A stretch of DNA of 64,000 nucleotides from Phoronis australis (GCA_002633005.1 NMRA01000013.1:106033-170032), one strand, 5' to 3'. Positions 51,198 through 64,000 are shown, numbered from the stretch's first letter. Numbers and translations are program-made. Notes: generated by a model from the sequence alone, not told the origin.

Positions 51198-54100
51198 ATG
51201 GCGGAATTCGGACCGGACTCTGGTGGCCGTGTTAAAGTAATCGTCTGTCGCATGCTTTTATCAGTAGTTAATTGCCAGTGAACACCATTGTAAAGACTAT
51301 TATAGCGATGTAAATCAGTTTTGTGGGTTGCAGCAAGTTGAATAAGTACAAACAACTCGACGGCGAGGGTTACTATGACCTGTTTCGCTAAATAATAGTC
51401 AAAGTTTTTAGCAATTTAACTGAAAGACAAAAACAAGTTGTATTGGTATTGTTGTCCTCTTTACGAAAATGTTCCTCATACTTCAATCGATGATGCTTAT
51501 CAGTGTTAAACATTTTATAGGCCACTGTATGAGTGTGGCCCCGAAAAGCAACTATAACACCAATTAAAGAATGAATACATGATGCTTGTCTTGAATGACA
51601 GAGAAAATGTCATGTACGAGAAGAGATGGAGTCTATAGCCATTTACTGGCAAACAATTTAGAGAGGCTTTAAACGATCACATCACATCCGAACTGTAAAC
51701 TCACAACTCATCTGTTAGCATCAACTCCTTCCCATTGTCATTGGAGAGGAATTTTAGGGTCTGATCCATGACAGGACTCTGAGTAATTCTTTATATTTAG
51801 CTCTAGGGTAATACAAAGACACTGTATGTATATGCAAAAGAGGGATTTATAAGAGCCATTTACTCCTCTTTGTGGAAAATGGACATTGCCATCTTGCATG
51901 ATATCCTGAGGGGAAAAGTGACTATCTTCTGGGAGGATAATTTGTCGAGGTTGAGGGTAAAAATTTCTTTGTCCAACTTTCACGTGACCACCTTACGTTT
52001 AGCATAGGTTTTTCTAACCTTGAGGTAATTATTTAATCAATGGAAGGGAGCTTATGGACCTGATGAGGGTAATTTAATTCACATGATTTTATTTTTCAAA
52101 CATTTTTCATAGTGAATGGGGCCAAAAAATTGAGGGGTCTTTCCTGCAGTTTCGCATAAATTTTCAGGTAGATATAAAGCTTCTCTGAATTACTCACTTT
52201 TGGGAAACTGCATTTTGGCTGATTGGTTATAGGACAATGTCAACTTTCTGAGGAAAGTAACTACACGCCAACATAATCGTCCTACTTATGATTGAGGCAA
52301 TGGTACACCGACACCTTGGGAAAAGATTTCTCGTTTCCAAAGATCGGTATACTTATGTACCTACCTTCATTCTAGCAACAATAATATTTTCGTATTTACA
52401 CCACTTGCTCCCGAACTAAAGCCATTTACGCCACTATAAAATTTGTCTCCTAATTATTTTTTATTCATATTATAAATGATTACTGAGATTAAGAAGACTG
52501 ATACTAGTAATTAGTTATTGACCAGCATCATGCTTGGGCATAAAGTGACAGGTCAGATCAGACCATTCGTTGTGCTTGATCTTGAGTAATAATGAAACGT
52601 CAGTTTTTATTACTGTAGAGCTTTGAATCTGAATACGAGTGCTTGTTATCTTCAGGTTCTTCATGAATATTCACCATGTAGTAGTTTTTGCCATTGAATT
52701 TGTTTAGGGTGTAACCATTGTGAAACCAATAGTGTATGGGAATGTGGCACGCTACTTTGGCAAGAAACGAGAAGAAGATGGACACACTCATCAGTGGACA
52801 GTCTACGTTAAACCATACAAGAATGAGGTCAGTCGGACGAAACCCCAGTTGGAATTTCAACTTGAAAAAATCTGTTTGATAATACCGATAAACATGTTAT
52901 AAGACTGTTTACTTGTGGTTGCATTCCCTACAATATGTAATCGACCCCAATGAATACTTCAGGACGTGTTTGCCAAGATATATAATGTTGGACTTTGTTG
53001 ACATGCCACAATCCTACAGTTCTGTGGCAGAACCTCGAAGTTTGCTGATCAGATTCTTTAAAATGTGCAAAGAATTAAGTATTTACACAATACTATAGCA
53101 CTGTAGCAGTTTTCCCTCAGTGTTGTGTCATGAAACACAAATGGGGCAAGATAGGCGATGCAGTCACCCTAACTTATGGGCTAGAGCGACCAATTTTCCC
53201 TTTATGCTTAACTCACTTTCAAGGACAATTTCGCCATGATGACTATTACAAGTTTACGAAATTGCATCAGATTTTCTATCACGGGATGCCATTTTTCAAA
53301 GTAAATTTTGAAAGCCACTGCTGGGGGTGCTCTAGTTAATCAAATTTCTGACTACGTCACTTGGCTTATGTTGGCCTGCATGGCAGCGTTATTGATGGTA
53401 GCAAACATTAAACCTAAAAGTGGTGTTGACATTCTTCATGATCTCTGTCTTAATTGACAAAACATGCTTCACAGTTCAAAGTCATGTGTGAGATCAAGAA
53501 GAGTTACTGAAGAAAGTAAGCGCTTAATTTATACCGATTTTTATATTTTTGACCTGATGAAATTTTCTTACTTCGTACGTGTTCAAACTAAGTGGGGTGT
53601 ACAAGGCGTGATAGGGAATGTGATCGTAAGTAGTCAATAAATTGGTGGTTGTATTGCCTAGGCGCAATACAATAATTTTAAGTCAGAATTTAGTGGGATC
53701 AGAGAAAGATTACTTACTTATGACATAGGACACCTCCTGGTCACATGTGACCTTCAATCATTTCAGGTCTGAAAAAGTTTCCGTTCTGACCAGGCTCAAA
53801 CCCTTGACTTTCCACAATAGGTGGACATGCTCTGCTGTCTTAAGAAAGTACTGTCCTCGGCACATATTAAGTATCTTATGAACCGATATGTTAGGCCATG
53901 TGATGTAAACTAACCGTGCATGTGTGAGAGATGAGCAATATTTGCTTCTATGATGTCGATGTGCTGTTAGCAGATTAATGAAATATTTGTGATTCTAATG
54001 ACAGATTTCTTTCAATTTCAGGATATGTCAACCTATGTTAAAAAGATTCACTTCAAACTCCATGAAAGCTATGCTAATCATAACCGAGTAGTATCCAAAC

Positions 54101-57100
54101 CACCTTACGAGGTCACTGAGACGGGCTGGGGAGAATTTGAAGTGGTCATCAAAATACACTTCCATGATCCCAATGAAAAACCTGTAGGTTGATACATGGC
54201 GCATTAGGAAGGTCTGATTCTGTAATTTCTGATATAGAAAACTACTGGAAAACCTGAAGAATATTTATTTTTGACTTTTTACCTGTATGTCATTCATTGG
54301 GTCACATGACTGTCTTAGTTTGTAATAAAATATAACAAAAAAGAATACACTGATAGGAAAGTGACATTATCATTAACGGGGTCAAATTTTGTTTTGATGC
54401 AAATGTTTTTAAGTTAGTAGTCATTCAAAAATGGACCATTTTAAAAACAAATTACTCCTAACAATGTTATAGAGAACACTTTATGAAGCATAATATCTGA
54501 AAGTTTCATATGAATCTGAGATATTATTTTGAAGTTAACACCTTTATGCATCAAGATACAGTGTGGATGTTAGCAGGATATGAATTGGGATGTTTCCTTC
54601 TCTTAACACTAGGTGAAGTTGTAGCTACATAATGTCTGAATGTTCTGTGTCTTTGTGTTTTTATGGAAAATTGGTCTATTTTGAATGAACAACATCAAAT
54701 GCCAAGATGGACACTTTTTCGTTACTCACTGCTTCACTGGCACTAAAGAGCAGTAATTGTTTCAGGATGACAGCTACATTGTAAAAACAGTGCTTATGGT
54801 GAAACGACATTTTGTTGATGTTTTAACTGGAGGAATTCCACACTTTACATTCACAAAAATGGTTGATTCAAGTGTCCAGGAAGATGTGACAAACTTTCCA
54901 ATAATTGTTTTCTAAATTTTGCATTATGCTGTCATAAATACTGCCCTTCTATTCCAGGTCACCATATATCATTTACTCAAGTTGTTTCAAAGTGAAACCA
55001 ACATCATGCTTGGTAAAAAGAGTTTGGTGGCAGAGCACTATGATGAAATGGTAACTATTGTCTTGTTTGATTTTCATTTCATTACGGCGTTTTCCCATTG
55101 CTCCCAACTTGTTCGGTTCTATAGCCCAACAACAAGTTGGGAAGTCTAGCCCTGTAGCCAATATCTTACACGACTGATTAACTCCATTCTGGCATTCATG
55201 GTTGGAGGGCCAGCTCTCTTCTGTTCAATAATTGCTCTAAGCTTCAATAAGATCGTATCTGGCCTGACTGGGCTGTGCTGTTAAAAATAAAAGTTAAGTT
55301 ATAACATATTTGATCTTAAACCAATAGCATTTCTGAAATCCTCGTCAAATGGTGATCATGTTTAGTTTTTGAATTGCCAAAATCACCCAACTGCAACCGA
55401 AGTTACGAGTATTCTTTCCGGATGTACCAATTCACTCTGGGTTTGAGGTGTTCACTCATAGTCTGTAATCAGCCAGGTAGATAATTGGCGTGCCTGTTGT
55501 CATAACAGACAAAAGACTGTGCTTGGTAGTTAACAAAGAAGCTAGATGTTATCACACGCTCAGAACCCCCTTCGTCTGGTAAAGTCACTGAACGGGAAAC
55601 GCTGTCATCTAAAACACCTTTACAGCTTTGACTATTCATTTACGCCACTAGCTTCCATTGTTCGGTGCAGGGCTTGGAATTTTCCGCGGAAACGCGGATT
55701 TCCGCTTTTTTCAAATGTTCTGTCCGCGCATTTTATTATACTTCCGCGTAAAAAAATCGGATTTGATATAAAATTTCCGCGGCAAATTCCTTTCTTACCT
55801 CTGCGTTGCAGACGACGTTCACTTCGAAAAGCGGAAGTTGCTCTTCATGTTTCGGAGGAACGTAAATTGTCAACATTGCCGGGGCATCTGGGATAGCGTG
55901 GTGGGATTTTCAAATGCGTCTCGTGTTATTGTAAACCGCGGCGACAAATACTACGGCTCTGCAGCCAAAAATGTGTGGGTTGGGAGTGGACGGATGAGCT
56001 AAAAGGGCGCAGACGCATGCTACTGATGGTGGTAACGTTTTTTTTTTTATAGTCGGGGGAAAGGTTCACATCGACCATTTCAAGGCTGGGTAGCGCGCCG
56101 TAAAAAGTTTCTGCGTTTTTTGTCATTGGTCATTCCAAGCCCTGTTGGTGACTGAGTGAATGATATTTCAATCAATGCGACCTCAGATTGTGTTTGGCGA
56201 CCTCAGAAAAATTACAAGCCGCCACGAAGTCGCCAGTGCAAGTATCAAAGTCAGACAATAGTTCCCTCAAAATTCATTTCAGAGTTTATGTTGACTTACA
56301 AACAAATACTAATTAAAGTTTTCCCAGATTCATTACCTTTGATTCACAATTGTTCCATTTATTTCGTGAAATCATTGCATTTGGCGCCATGCATGAATTA
56401 CAACAGGAAGTAAACAGATAGAATTCGGAATTGTTTGGCAAAAATCGGTCAAGATCAGTGAAATTCGCTGCACCAGCCAATGCAGTCAGTCATCTGCATT
56501 CTATGTTCGTTTGTCGGTGGGAGGAATTGAGTTTGCCATTTATGGGATTTTGTGGGGAATTTGGAGATTGGAGGAGTGCACGGGAATTGGGTGGCATTGC
56601 AGGCGTTCTCCATATTATTTCTAGAGATAATTTGTTTGCAAGCTCAGTTTTGATGTGCAATTCGAGTTTGATATGTCGGGACTTCCAGCCTTGTTTAAGG
56701 GTTAGTTTACCTACTATCCCCAGGTGGTGCTGTAGTAGGTTTACCTGTTATTTTGTACAACTACTGTATGTGAAGTGACTGACAAACTGTGACTCCTTTG
56801 GAACAAGTTAGTGCAGTTAACTACTCACTCTTGCGACTTGAAAATATTTGCTCCTGATTTGAGTAAAAGTGCCTTTCAAACGGTGTGACATAGTCATGAA
56901 GGTACTCAAATAAACATGGCAAATGTGTGGTTAATTGCTCCAACATAGCTTTAAATTTGAGGTTGGTACTGAAGTAGAAGGATGTATACAGTACATACTA
57001 AATATAACTGGACAAAATTGGCTTTCCACCATAATAGATTATGACCCGTCATGATTCGTAGTTCCTGCTTCTCTGTGTCTTTGCAATTCTGCTCTTACCC

Positions 57101-59561
57101 AGACATCTTGACATAGAATTCTGCCTCTGTCCAGTTGTCATATTTCTGGGTTATAGTGTTCGCCATGATTTGTGGGATGGGACTCCGAACTGTCGTTTTA
57201 CTCCGACTGTGGAACTTGCTCTTGTTCAGTGTCAAAGGCAGGGCTTGGAAGTTTCCTCTTTTAAGAGGATTTCATATTTTTTGGTTTCAGTTTCCTCTCA
57301 TTTGATTTCCAGTTTCCTCTATTTTCCTCTCATTTTTGTCATTATTTTTACTTCATTTATGCTAAAACGTTTATTTCAGTGTTTACAAATTACGCAAAAA
57401 ATATTTCTATCACATAAACTTAATATTTGTAGAACGATACATCACCTGGAAAGTTTTCTTCTTTTCTGTCATTGGTCATTTCAAGCCCTGAAAAGGTAAT
57501 GTAAGGTCAGATTTTTTATGCAAAATGTACTGACTTTACGAAGAGAATGTAATTCATAAAATTGCAGGTATTTCAAGATCCAACTGCTATGATGCAACAG
57601 TTGTTGTCGAGTTCACGGCCTTTAACCTTGGGGGCACACAAGCATGACTCTGATTGTAAGTATCGCACAAAACTTGAAAAAGTTATGAAATGGGATGAAT
57701 TGTGGCTTTTTATTATTTTTGCGCACCCACATTATATGTAGGTGCTTATTGCTATCATCTCTGTCTGTGCGTCCAGCTAATCTCCTGAAACCATTTGCAA
57801 TAAATTTGGCAGATGTGTTCCTATGGAACTGGCAACTGATGACTACCAGTTGAAGTCCTATGATTGGTGTGCTGTCTTGTGAAAATTTTAGTTTTAGTGT
57901 TTTCTTGGGTATCTTCAGAGTTCTTCGATGGATTTTCATGAAATTTGTCTGGTGTATTTCTTTTCAGAAAACGACAGTGTCTTCCCATTTTCGGACAGAT
58001 TTGACGTATTCTGTGCTACTTAGTGGGGGTTTAAAAAATTTTCGAGTCCATTTTTTAGTGTGAAAATTTGCAGATGTGATGAGTTTTGACTACTTTAGCA
58101 CCTCCTAGTGGCATTTTCTATTTTGCATCCATGGCCGTATCTCCTTAACCCAGCTGCCTTACTTTTTGAAGTATATATGTGAAATTTAGTGGATGTGGCC
58201 CTATGGAACTGACAACGCGTTATGACGAATTTCAGACCAGTCTAAATAATGCTGTACCCTCTAGGGACAATTTTGTTTTTTCCGTTTGCCTCTTTATCTT
58301 CTGAGTTCATTGATGGATTTTTGTGAAATTTGACAAATAGGTTTCTGTTAAAGAGATGATGATACTCTTTCATTTGCCTTCAACTTATTCTTTTAAGTTT
58401 GTTTTCTGGCATCCTCGTCTTTACCTGCCCACCTCTTAAATGATCATTTAAAAGACTTGACATTGATTTTTCGACGTTTCTGAGAACTATCACACTTCTG
58501 GTGCTGATTTTGTCGTTTTTGCGTCCTCTGCTGAATCTCCTTAGTTTTTTTTTGGAGGATTTCTATGATATTTTGCAAGTGTTGCCCTGTAAATGTGACT
58601 ACAGATGCCTATGACTATCTCTGACCGTTGGACGGTTCTGACTACCGGTGTATCTTCTAGTGGCAATTTGAGTTTTTGCATTTGCCTTTGTATTTTCAGA
58701 CTTCTTCGATGTTTTTTAATGAAATTTGGCAAGCAGGTTTGTTTTATGATTGCAATAGCAGCTTTCTATTTTAATATGAATTTGATTTATTCTGTTCCAC
58801 CCTGTGACCTCTTTTGCTATTTTTGAATTGCCTGCCGCTACGGTATTTGCCAAACCCCTCAGAAAATCGCGAAAACTGGCAGATGTATTTCTAATGGCAA
58901 GAGCACGACTGATGTGGATTATTAGATTGGTCTGATTACTCTGCTGCCCCCTAGTGACAGTTTTGTATCTGCGTCTGTATCCCCTAAGCCCCCTTGCAAG
59001 ATCTCTTAAAAGTTTGGCATGTGTATAACTCTATCAACTTAACAACAGATGGACGGGTCAACTTACAGCTTCACCTCCTACTGGCAATATCATTTTTTCA
59101 CATTCGCCTCTGAAATCCCTCACTGATTTTCATGAAATTTAGCAAATAGCTTTCTATTCGGTAGACTGTGAGTAGTTTTATGTTACTGATGAACACCACT
59201 AGGAGTACACTGTTTGCATTGCTGTCGTGGGTGCATTTCAAGACTCTGTGTTGCTCTTGTTTTAACTTTTAATTGGTAATAAGCAACTACAAAAGCCAGT
59301 TTTATGAAAAGTCCAGCTACTGATTAACTAATGGTCTTTCCCAGCTACTCTTCTAGTGACACAAATTATTTGTGAGTCTGTTCTTTTTCAGTTGAGGACA
59401 AGAAAGAGAGAACTTTGAATTCTGTCATCTCGGCAAAAAACAAGCTTAGGTTTGAAATCTCAGAATTGAATGAACGTTTAAAGAATAGCAAAGAGGCCAT
59501 TATCAAATTCCAAAGCGAGATCAAGAAATTAGAATTACAAGAATCTTCCATGGAGTCTTGA
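51198..59561 (+). CDS. YEATS4: YEATS domain-containing protein 4 (GAS41), 223 aa (234 aa if the in-frame ATG at 51165 is used)
   Basis: Exons: 51198-51236 [13 protein letters not shown]; 52708-52827 [40 protein letters not shown]; 54022-54183 [17 protein letters not shown]...TETGWGEFE...KP; 54958-55050 [11 protein letters not shown]...YDEM; 57568-57655 [13 protein letters not shown]...; 59392-59561 coiled coil to TGA. Total 672 nt, all GT-AG; the YEATS domain is nearly identical to vertebrate YEATS4 as recalled. Confidence 0.97.
53770..53850 (-). mobile_element. Possible tRNA-derived SINE head remnant
   Basis: Minus strand reads agagcatgtccacc...gtcaagggtttgagcctggtcag, a degenerate B-box-like sequence; no intact cloverleaf. 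Confidence 0.3.
55668..56144. mobile_element. hAT-like MITE in YEATS4 intron 4
   Basis: TIR CAGGGCTTGGAAT ... ATTCCAAGCCCTG; flanks ttcggtg / ttggtg resemble a degenerate TSD. Confidence 0.7.
57239..57490. mobile_element. Second, shorter copy of the same hAT-like MITE
   Basis: CAGGGCTTGGAAG ... tgtcattggtcattTCAAGCCCTG; shares its 3' subterminal sequence with 55668-56144. Confidence 0.65.
57716..59210 (-). mobile_element. Reverse-oriented copy of the pearl/HINE-like element in YEATS4 intron 5
   Basis: Begins tttttgcgcacccacattatatgtagg (reverse of the 3' hairpin) and tctgtctgtgcgtcc, then repeated cctagtggc / ttttcatgaaatttggc cores. Confidence 0.6.
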
Positions 59562-61156
59562 CAGTGATGTGTTGTTTGATTTAATATATATAATGTTGTC
59601 ATCTACTGTAAAGTACGACACAAAAGTAATCGGACAAAATAATGTCCTGACAGCTAATTTTGTTAACAGCAAAAATTACTGCTGTCAATTATTAAAGTGG
59701 CAAAATTCTAATTACAGAACAGCTTGGTCACCTCACTAACATTCATGTTAACTTTCCTTCATTCTCAGCTGTCATAGAAGACTACTATTACGATGAATTG
59801 TTTCCACTCAGCTGTCATGACTTTAAATTCCAGGTAATTTTGTCCCAATACTTTTGACTCGCACTGTATATGTAACCGCTTATCTAGAGTTGAGAATTCT
59901 TCCAAGATGGTGGTGCTTAAGCTGTTACTGACACAGTAGTTGAGATAAAATAAGAGATGGTACTTTGCAAAGTGAACTGAATCAAGCTTAGATGCACTTA
60001 ATACTAGAATTATGTAGATGTAAGATGAGTGGTTCGACAAAAAGAAACACCTTTGTCAAATTTTAAATGGTCTTTTAATTTGATGTCATTTTGTTTAGTC
60101 TCTAAATCAGCCTCTGACTCTTAGAGTACTGGCCAGAAATGCTGTAAACAATTGCAAATTAAAATCTCACCAATTTAAGACACAGTGTGCCTTAGTAGTA
60201 AAACTTTGTTTTTCTTATTTTTTATGAAAGTTGTAAGGATTCCCAAATTAGTGCTTTGCAATTTTCAAGTTGTGTACTTGACCTACTGCGAGACAATACA
60301 GTATATTTATGAACAACTATGGACAGTCTCCCACCCTACTACTGGAAATCCTTTGAAAATTTAAAGCAGAGCAACTTTTGGCTCATATTTTGAGTTTTTG
60401 CCACTACAGTAGCAATTTAGCCAGAATTAAAACCTATTCAAGTAATGAATAGTGGATGTCACACTTTCACCCGGCAAAACTGTGAAAGTTCCACACTGCC
60501 AGGTTGACTTGGAGAACTACACACAGCGACCGTACTCTGAAGTTGTAATTTGAATTGTTGTGATAGTAATTCAAGCATTACCATTTGACATAAGCCATAC
60601 TAGCTTTATTGCTCATACTTGTTTATGTACATTTTTCTCATATAGAAAAGCGCATCTACATGAATACAGGTTACATATTAATGTAATACTTAAATAAAGA
60701 CTCTTATTTCCCTCATAATATATGTATACCATTATAGTGACATAACTACTGTCATCCTACATGTATATGATTATAGTGACATAACTACTTAATGAAAGTT
60801 TATATCATTCTTTTGTTAAAGCTGTATTTCGCTCCCTTTAGCCAACTTAAAAGTAAAATCGAAGTAGTCCTTTTACTCCCATTGATTGGATCTGGTTATA
60901 TTCCTTAGTGTGGTGGATTTCTTAGAAATTCTATTTCTGTTACCAACAAGAACATCCTAACTATCAGCAAAAACTGCTTCAGGGTTTACTGGATTTGGCC
61001 AACCCCAAAATTTAGGTTTATAAAATGGCACTTGTATGCATTGCATGTAACTTGAGGTGGTAATGGAAATGAAATCCTATCACCGTTGGGAGTATTATGA
61101 GAGTAGCCCACTATAATTTGACAATGTTTTTAGCCAACGAAATGTGAAATTCAGTT

Positions 61157-62992
61157 TTAAGGAATGTGTTTGAAAAGTACACCAACACTATGGAAGCGAT
61201 AAAATATAGCAAGTGGATATGTAATTAAAACTATGAATTTCCAGCTGGCTCCAAAATATCTGTGCTGCAGTGGAAATGAGTCAATGGACTGTAGTTCTAT
61301 AAAACTATCTAGTGCCCACAAGGATAAATTGGACAACAACACAAACATGATGCAATTGAACAAGAATTTTTTGTCGCCATTTGACATTTCGCTGCTGGGT
61401 TTGAACCGCATGGTTCTTATAATGAGGCGATTTTGCACTGCGACTTGCACAAAGTTTGTTATTGCATCTAATGTGACAATCCATGTGAGAGGGACTGTTA
61501 GGTTGTCGTGCGTATGTTCACTGGGGTATCCTGTTGCAATCATATTCCAGCCAGCTATTGCAGTGAATGTATAAAGCAAAAGAGTTCCACTAGATGACAG
61601 CAACAATAAGATATCTTCTTCGTCATAGCCGTGATCCAGTATTCCGTTCTTTCGGATAATTGAAAGACTTTTAATGCTGACGAAAATTAAAATCATATAA
61701 AAGGTAATCTGGAACCCATAGTGTACATAGACAATGGTATTAAGGATATCTTTGTCGTATAGAAGAACTTCAACGATGAAATTTAAGATAATAAACACGT
61801 ATCCGAAGTTGAATATAATCCCAATTTGGTTTTGTATATGTTGATTTGTAACGCTGGGGGTTAAGAGTGGGGTGGTTTCAGTTGGCACCAAGACAATATG
61901 AACGGGTCCGCCGTTTAATCCTGAGGCATTGTTCACACTTGCTTGGTTGGTGGGATGCAAATTACCCTGGTTACTGGCCAAAATCTCTGTTTGGGGTATG
62001 ACATTTTCACTTCCATCGATGCCGGGGGAGTGTTGCGGTGTATTACCTGTAGCAGTGTGAGTGGTTGCGTTGTCGTGAGCTACACTTTGTCCATTGGGCC
62101 GGACGTCGGCGCCTTCAAGTGGTATTGGATTAGGGTTTTCTGCTGGTGTTCCCTGAGTGTCGTCTGCTCGGGCTGTTGTCCACAAATGATAAAGAATCCC
62201 AATTGCTACTAGTGAATATTCCATTGTAAACGGATAGAGATACTTTGCGGCCTCGTCGAGGGATTTTCCAAGTGTGGTTGATTGGTTCAAACAACTGTTG
62301 TATTCTACCTGATGTTCTACACTGCCTGCTTGAAATGCTACGCCGTATTTAATTTCAACATCGTCAAATATGTGATCAATCTCCTCCATTTCCTGAAGGT
62401 AGCTCACTACCCATACTGCGCAGTTTGCGCACAAGCTTATTGCTATAATGAGGCGCGTTAGCATTGGGCGAAAAAATTTAGCAGACGAAAACTGGAGCAG
62501 GAATGCCATTTGAATTACAAAAAATATTATCTTGCTGACGTGGAAGAGCAGAGACGAGAAGAAAGATACCCATGACTTAACCGAGTCCCCATGCCACGAC
62601 TTGTACAAAACATCAGGACTGCGTTTGCCAACATAATGAACGCATTCAAATTCGAAAATAATCGTCAGCACATCGAGAATGACGCTACCGGTGCCAAATA
62701 TGTACAAACCAATGATGGGAAACTTGTATTTCATCCTCTGAAGAGCGTTCCGTTGACCGTGGTCTTCTGTTACGTAAATGACGAACGAGTTATCATCGCG
62801 CTTGTGATAGACGAAGATCATCATAGCTGTTACAGTCACCAAAAGAACAATCAACGAAATTGACACGACATTCGATGGTAACCCAATGTGGCTGTCTTTC
62901 GTGAGTTGATGACTGACCAGTATCCCCGTGATGATACTACTGGCGACCATAAACAGGAGTATACTGGTGTCTCTGCCTTTCACGTTGGACAT
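61157..62992 (-). CDS. Otopetrin-family proton channel, 611 aa, uninterrupted CDS
   Basis: Multi-TM ORF with otopetrin signatures YLYPFTMEYSL, FVIQMAF, QVAVQNRLI, LLSNLSLW and YPLAIFYRFHS. An in-frame TGA just upstream fixes the ATG. A possible 5'UTR splice acceptor lies at 63091-92. Confidence 0.93.
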   Translation of the reverse strand: MSNVKGRDTSILLFMVASSIITGILVSHQLTKDSHIGLPSNVVSISLIVLLVTVTAMMIFVYHKRDDNSFVIYVTEDHGQRNALQRMKYKFPIIGLYIFGTGSVILDVLTIIFEFECVHYVGKRSPDVLYKSWHGDSVKSWVSFFSSLLFHVSKIIFFVIQMAFLLQFSSAKFFRPMLTRLIIAISLCANCAVWVVSYLQEMEEIDHIFDDVEIKYGVAFQAGSVEHQVEYNSCLNQSTTLGKSLDEAAKYLYPFTMEYSLVAIGILYHLWTTARADDTQGTPAENPNPIPLEGADVRPNGQSVAHDNATTHTATGNTPQHSPGIDGSENVIPQTEILASNQGNLHPTNQASVNNASGLNGGPVHIVLVPTETTPLLTPSVTNQHIQNQIGIIFNFGYVFIILNFIVEVLLYDKDILNTIVYVHYGFQITFYMILIFVSIKSLSIIRKNGILDHGYDEEDILLLLSSSGTLLLYTFTAIAGWNMIATGYPSEHTHDNLTVPLTWIVTLDAITNFVQVAVQNRLIIRTMRFKPSSEMSNGDKKFLFNCIMFVLLSNLSLWALDSFIELQSIDSFPLQHRYFGASWKFIVLITYPLAIFYRFHSVGVLFKHIP

Positions 62993-63805
62993 CTTTGTTT
63001 GAAGACAGCCTCAATTCACTCAACTGGCGTAGTACTCACTAACTAAACCTGTCCGACTACCGTGCGCGTCGTGAATATTGAAACTGTAACCTGTGCTCTG
63101 TAGGCCAACATGTACGACTCACTTGGGATTTCCCGAAGGGTTAGGTTAGCCAACTTCCTGGTTCAAAGATCTGCGTGTAGTTTCCATCCCGTGACAATGT
63201 CAGGGGGCATTCGTATGTGTTAAAGTTCCATGCATTTGATATTCGTTTCGTCACACTGTTTTAAGTTATTCATTATTTTAAAAAACAGATTTTTTGTTCT
63301 CCACGCCAAGCAAGCGGTGGTGCTCTGGTGTACTTCATCAAAAGTTCACGGTTCACAAGGTCACTAGAATATTGTATTCATTCACATATACTGAATTGTG
63401 AAAAAAATGAAAATTATAGGGCCTAGTGGGAAAATTTCCAGCTTTCCTGTTGTACTGGTATTCATTACAAACGATGCAAGCATCAGGAAATATTTTTAAA
63501 ACGTGAAGGTAGTGTATTACTCAGTTGTTTTCACAAAGTAATTGGATCAAACCTACTGGTGCTCCAGTGGTCATTAATAAGTTGACTTTATGATGTATGT
63601 CAGCTAGTGTTTAAGTTCTCTGTACACTTGATTTTTTTGCGGTAATAAAAATATGCACAAACAAGCATCATGATTATCATCAGTCAAATTTTTACGCCAT
63701 TTTACACACTTTTACATTTTTGTCATCTTTTGAAGTACATGAATGTTCCGTGTGGGAACCGTGACTTCCAGAAAAGTGGATTTTATGGCTCTTGAACAAT
63801 TGGCC

Positions 63806-63925
63806 CAGTGGCAAATCTAATCCCAGTAAGGGGGGGGGGGATTCGCGCGAATCCGAGGCGCGTATCGCCGAGCGGGAGGTGGTTGGAAGGGGTTTCCCCC
63901 TCGTGTGTAAGAATTTTTTTTGTTT
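63806..63925 (+). mobile_element. GC-rich MITE fragment (CAGTGGCARATC-type terminus)
   Basis: cagtggcaaatctaa..G-run..gcgggaggtggttggaaggggtttccccctc; a related terminus aagggcagatccaggatttt lies at ~50291. Confidence 0.35.
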
Positions 63926-64000
63926 TTGTAGCTAATTCCGTTTTCCTGGCCACATTTCTTTTAACATTTATTTTTGATCCTGTCCCGGGGAGGGGTTTAA

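Noticed and set aside
61233-62863. Three plus-strand ORFs overlapping otopetrin
   Set aside because: Antisense shadows of the real CDS.

Overview
AT-rich, intron-rich animal genomic DNA, not prokaryotic; by inference a heterozygous marine invertebrate, possibly a deuterostome. Four protein-coding genes can be read with GT-AG splice sites and consistent phases: (1) the 5' part of DCAF17 (minus strand, 7 exons, 619-7010, running off the left edge); (2) an 18-coding-exon, 808-aa type II membrane protein of the M28B PSMA/NAALADase/transferrin-receptor family (minus, 12868-43524); (3) a complete YEATS4/GAS41 (plus, 6 exons, 51198-59561), head-to-head with gene 2; (4) an otopetrin proton channel with an intronless CDS (minus, 61157-62992). 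The 3' part of gene 2 appears twice on either side of a single N at 17624, most likely two uncollapsed haplotypes. Introns hold many non-autonomous DNA transposons: two TTAA-flanked Kolobok-type elements, THAP remnants, Harbinger- and hAT-like MITEs, foldback elements, and a pearl/HINE-like family carrying CTCF-like motifs. The strongest biological lead is gene 2. It has lost the two ligands unique to one zinc site (E425-equivalent to K, H553-equivalent to N), keeps the other site, and has a TfR-like YxxPhi cytoplasmic tail, so it is a candidate invertebrate receptor-type pseudopeptidase. All homology calls come from hand translation and recalled reference motifs; no searches were run.
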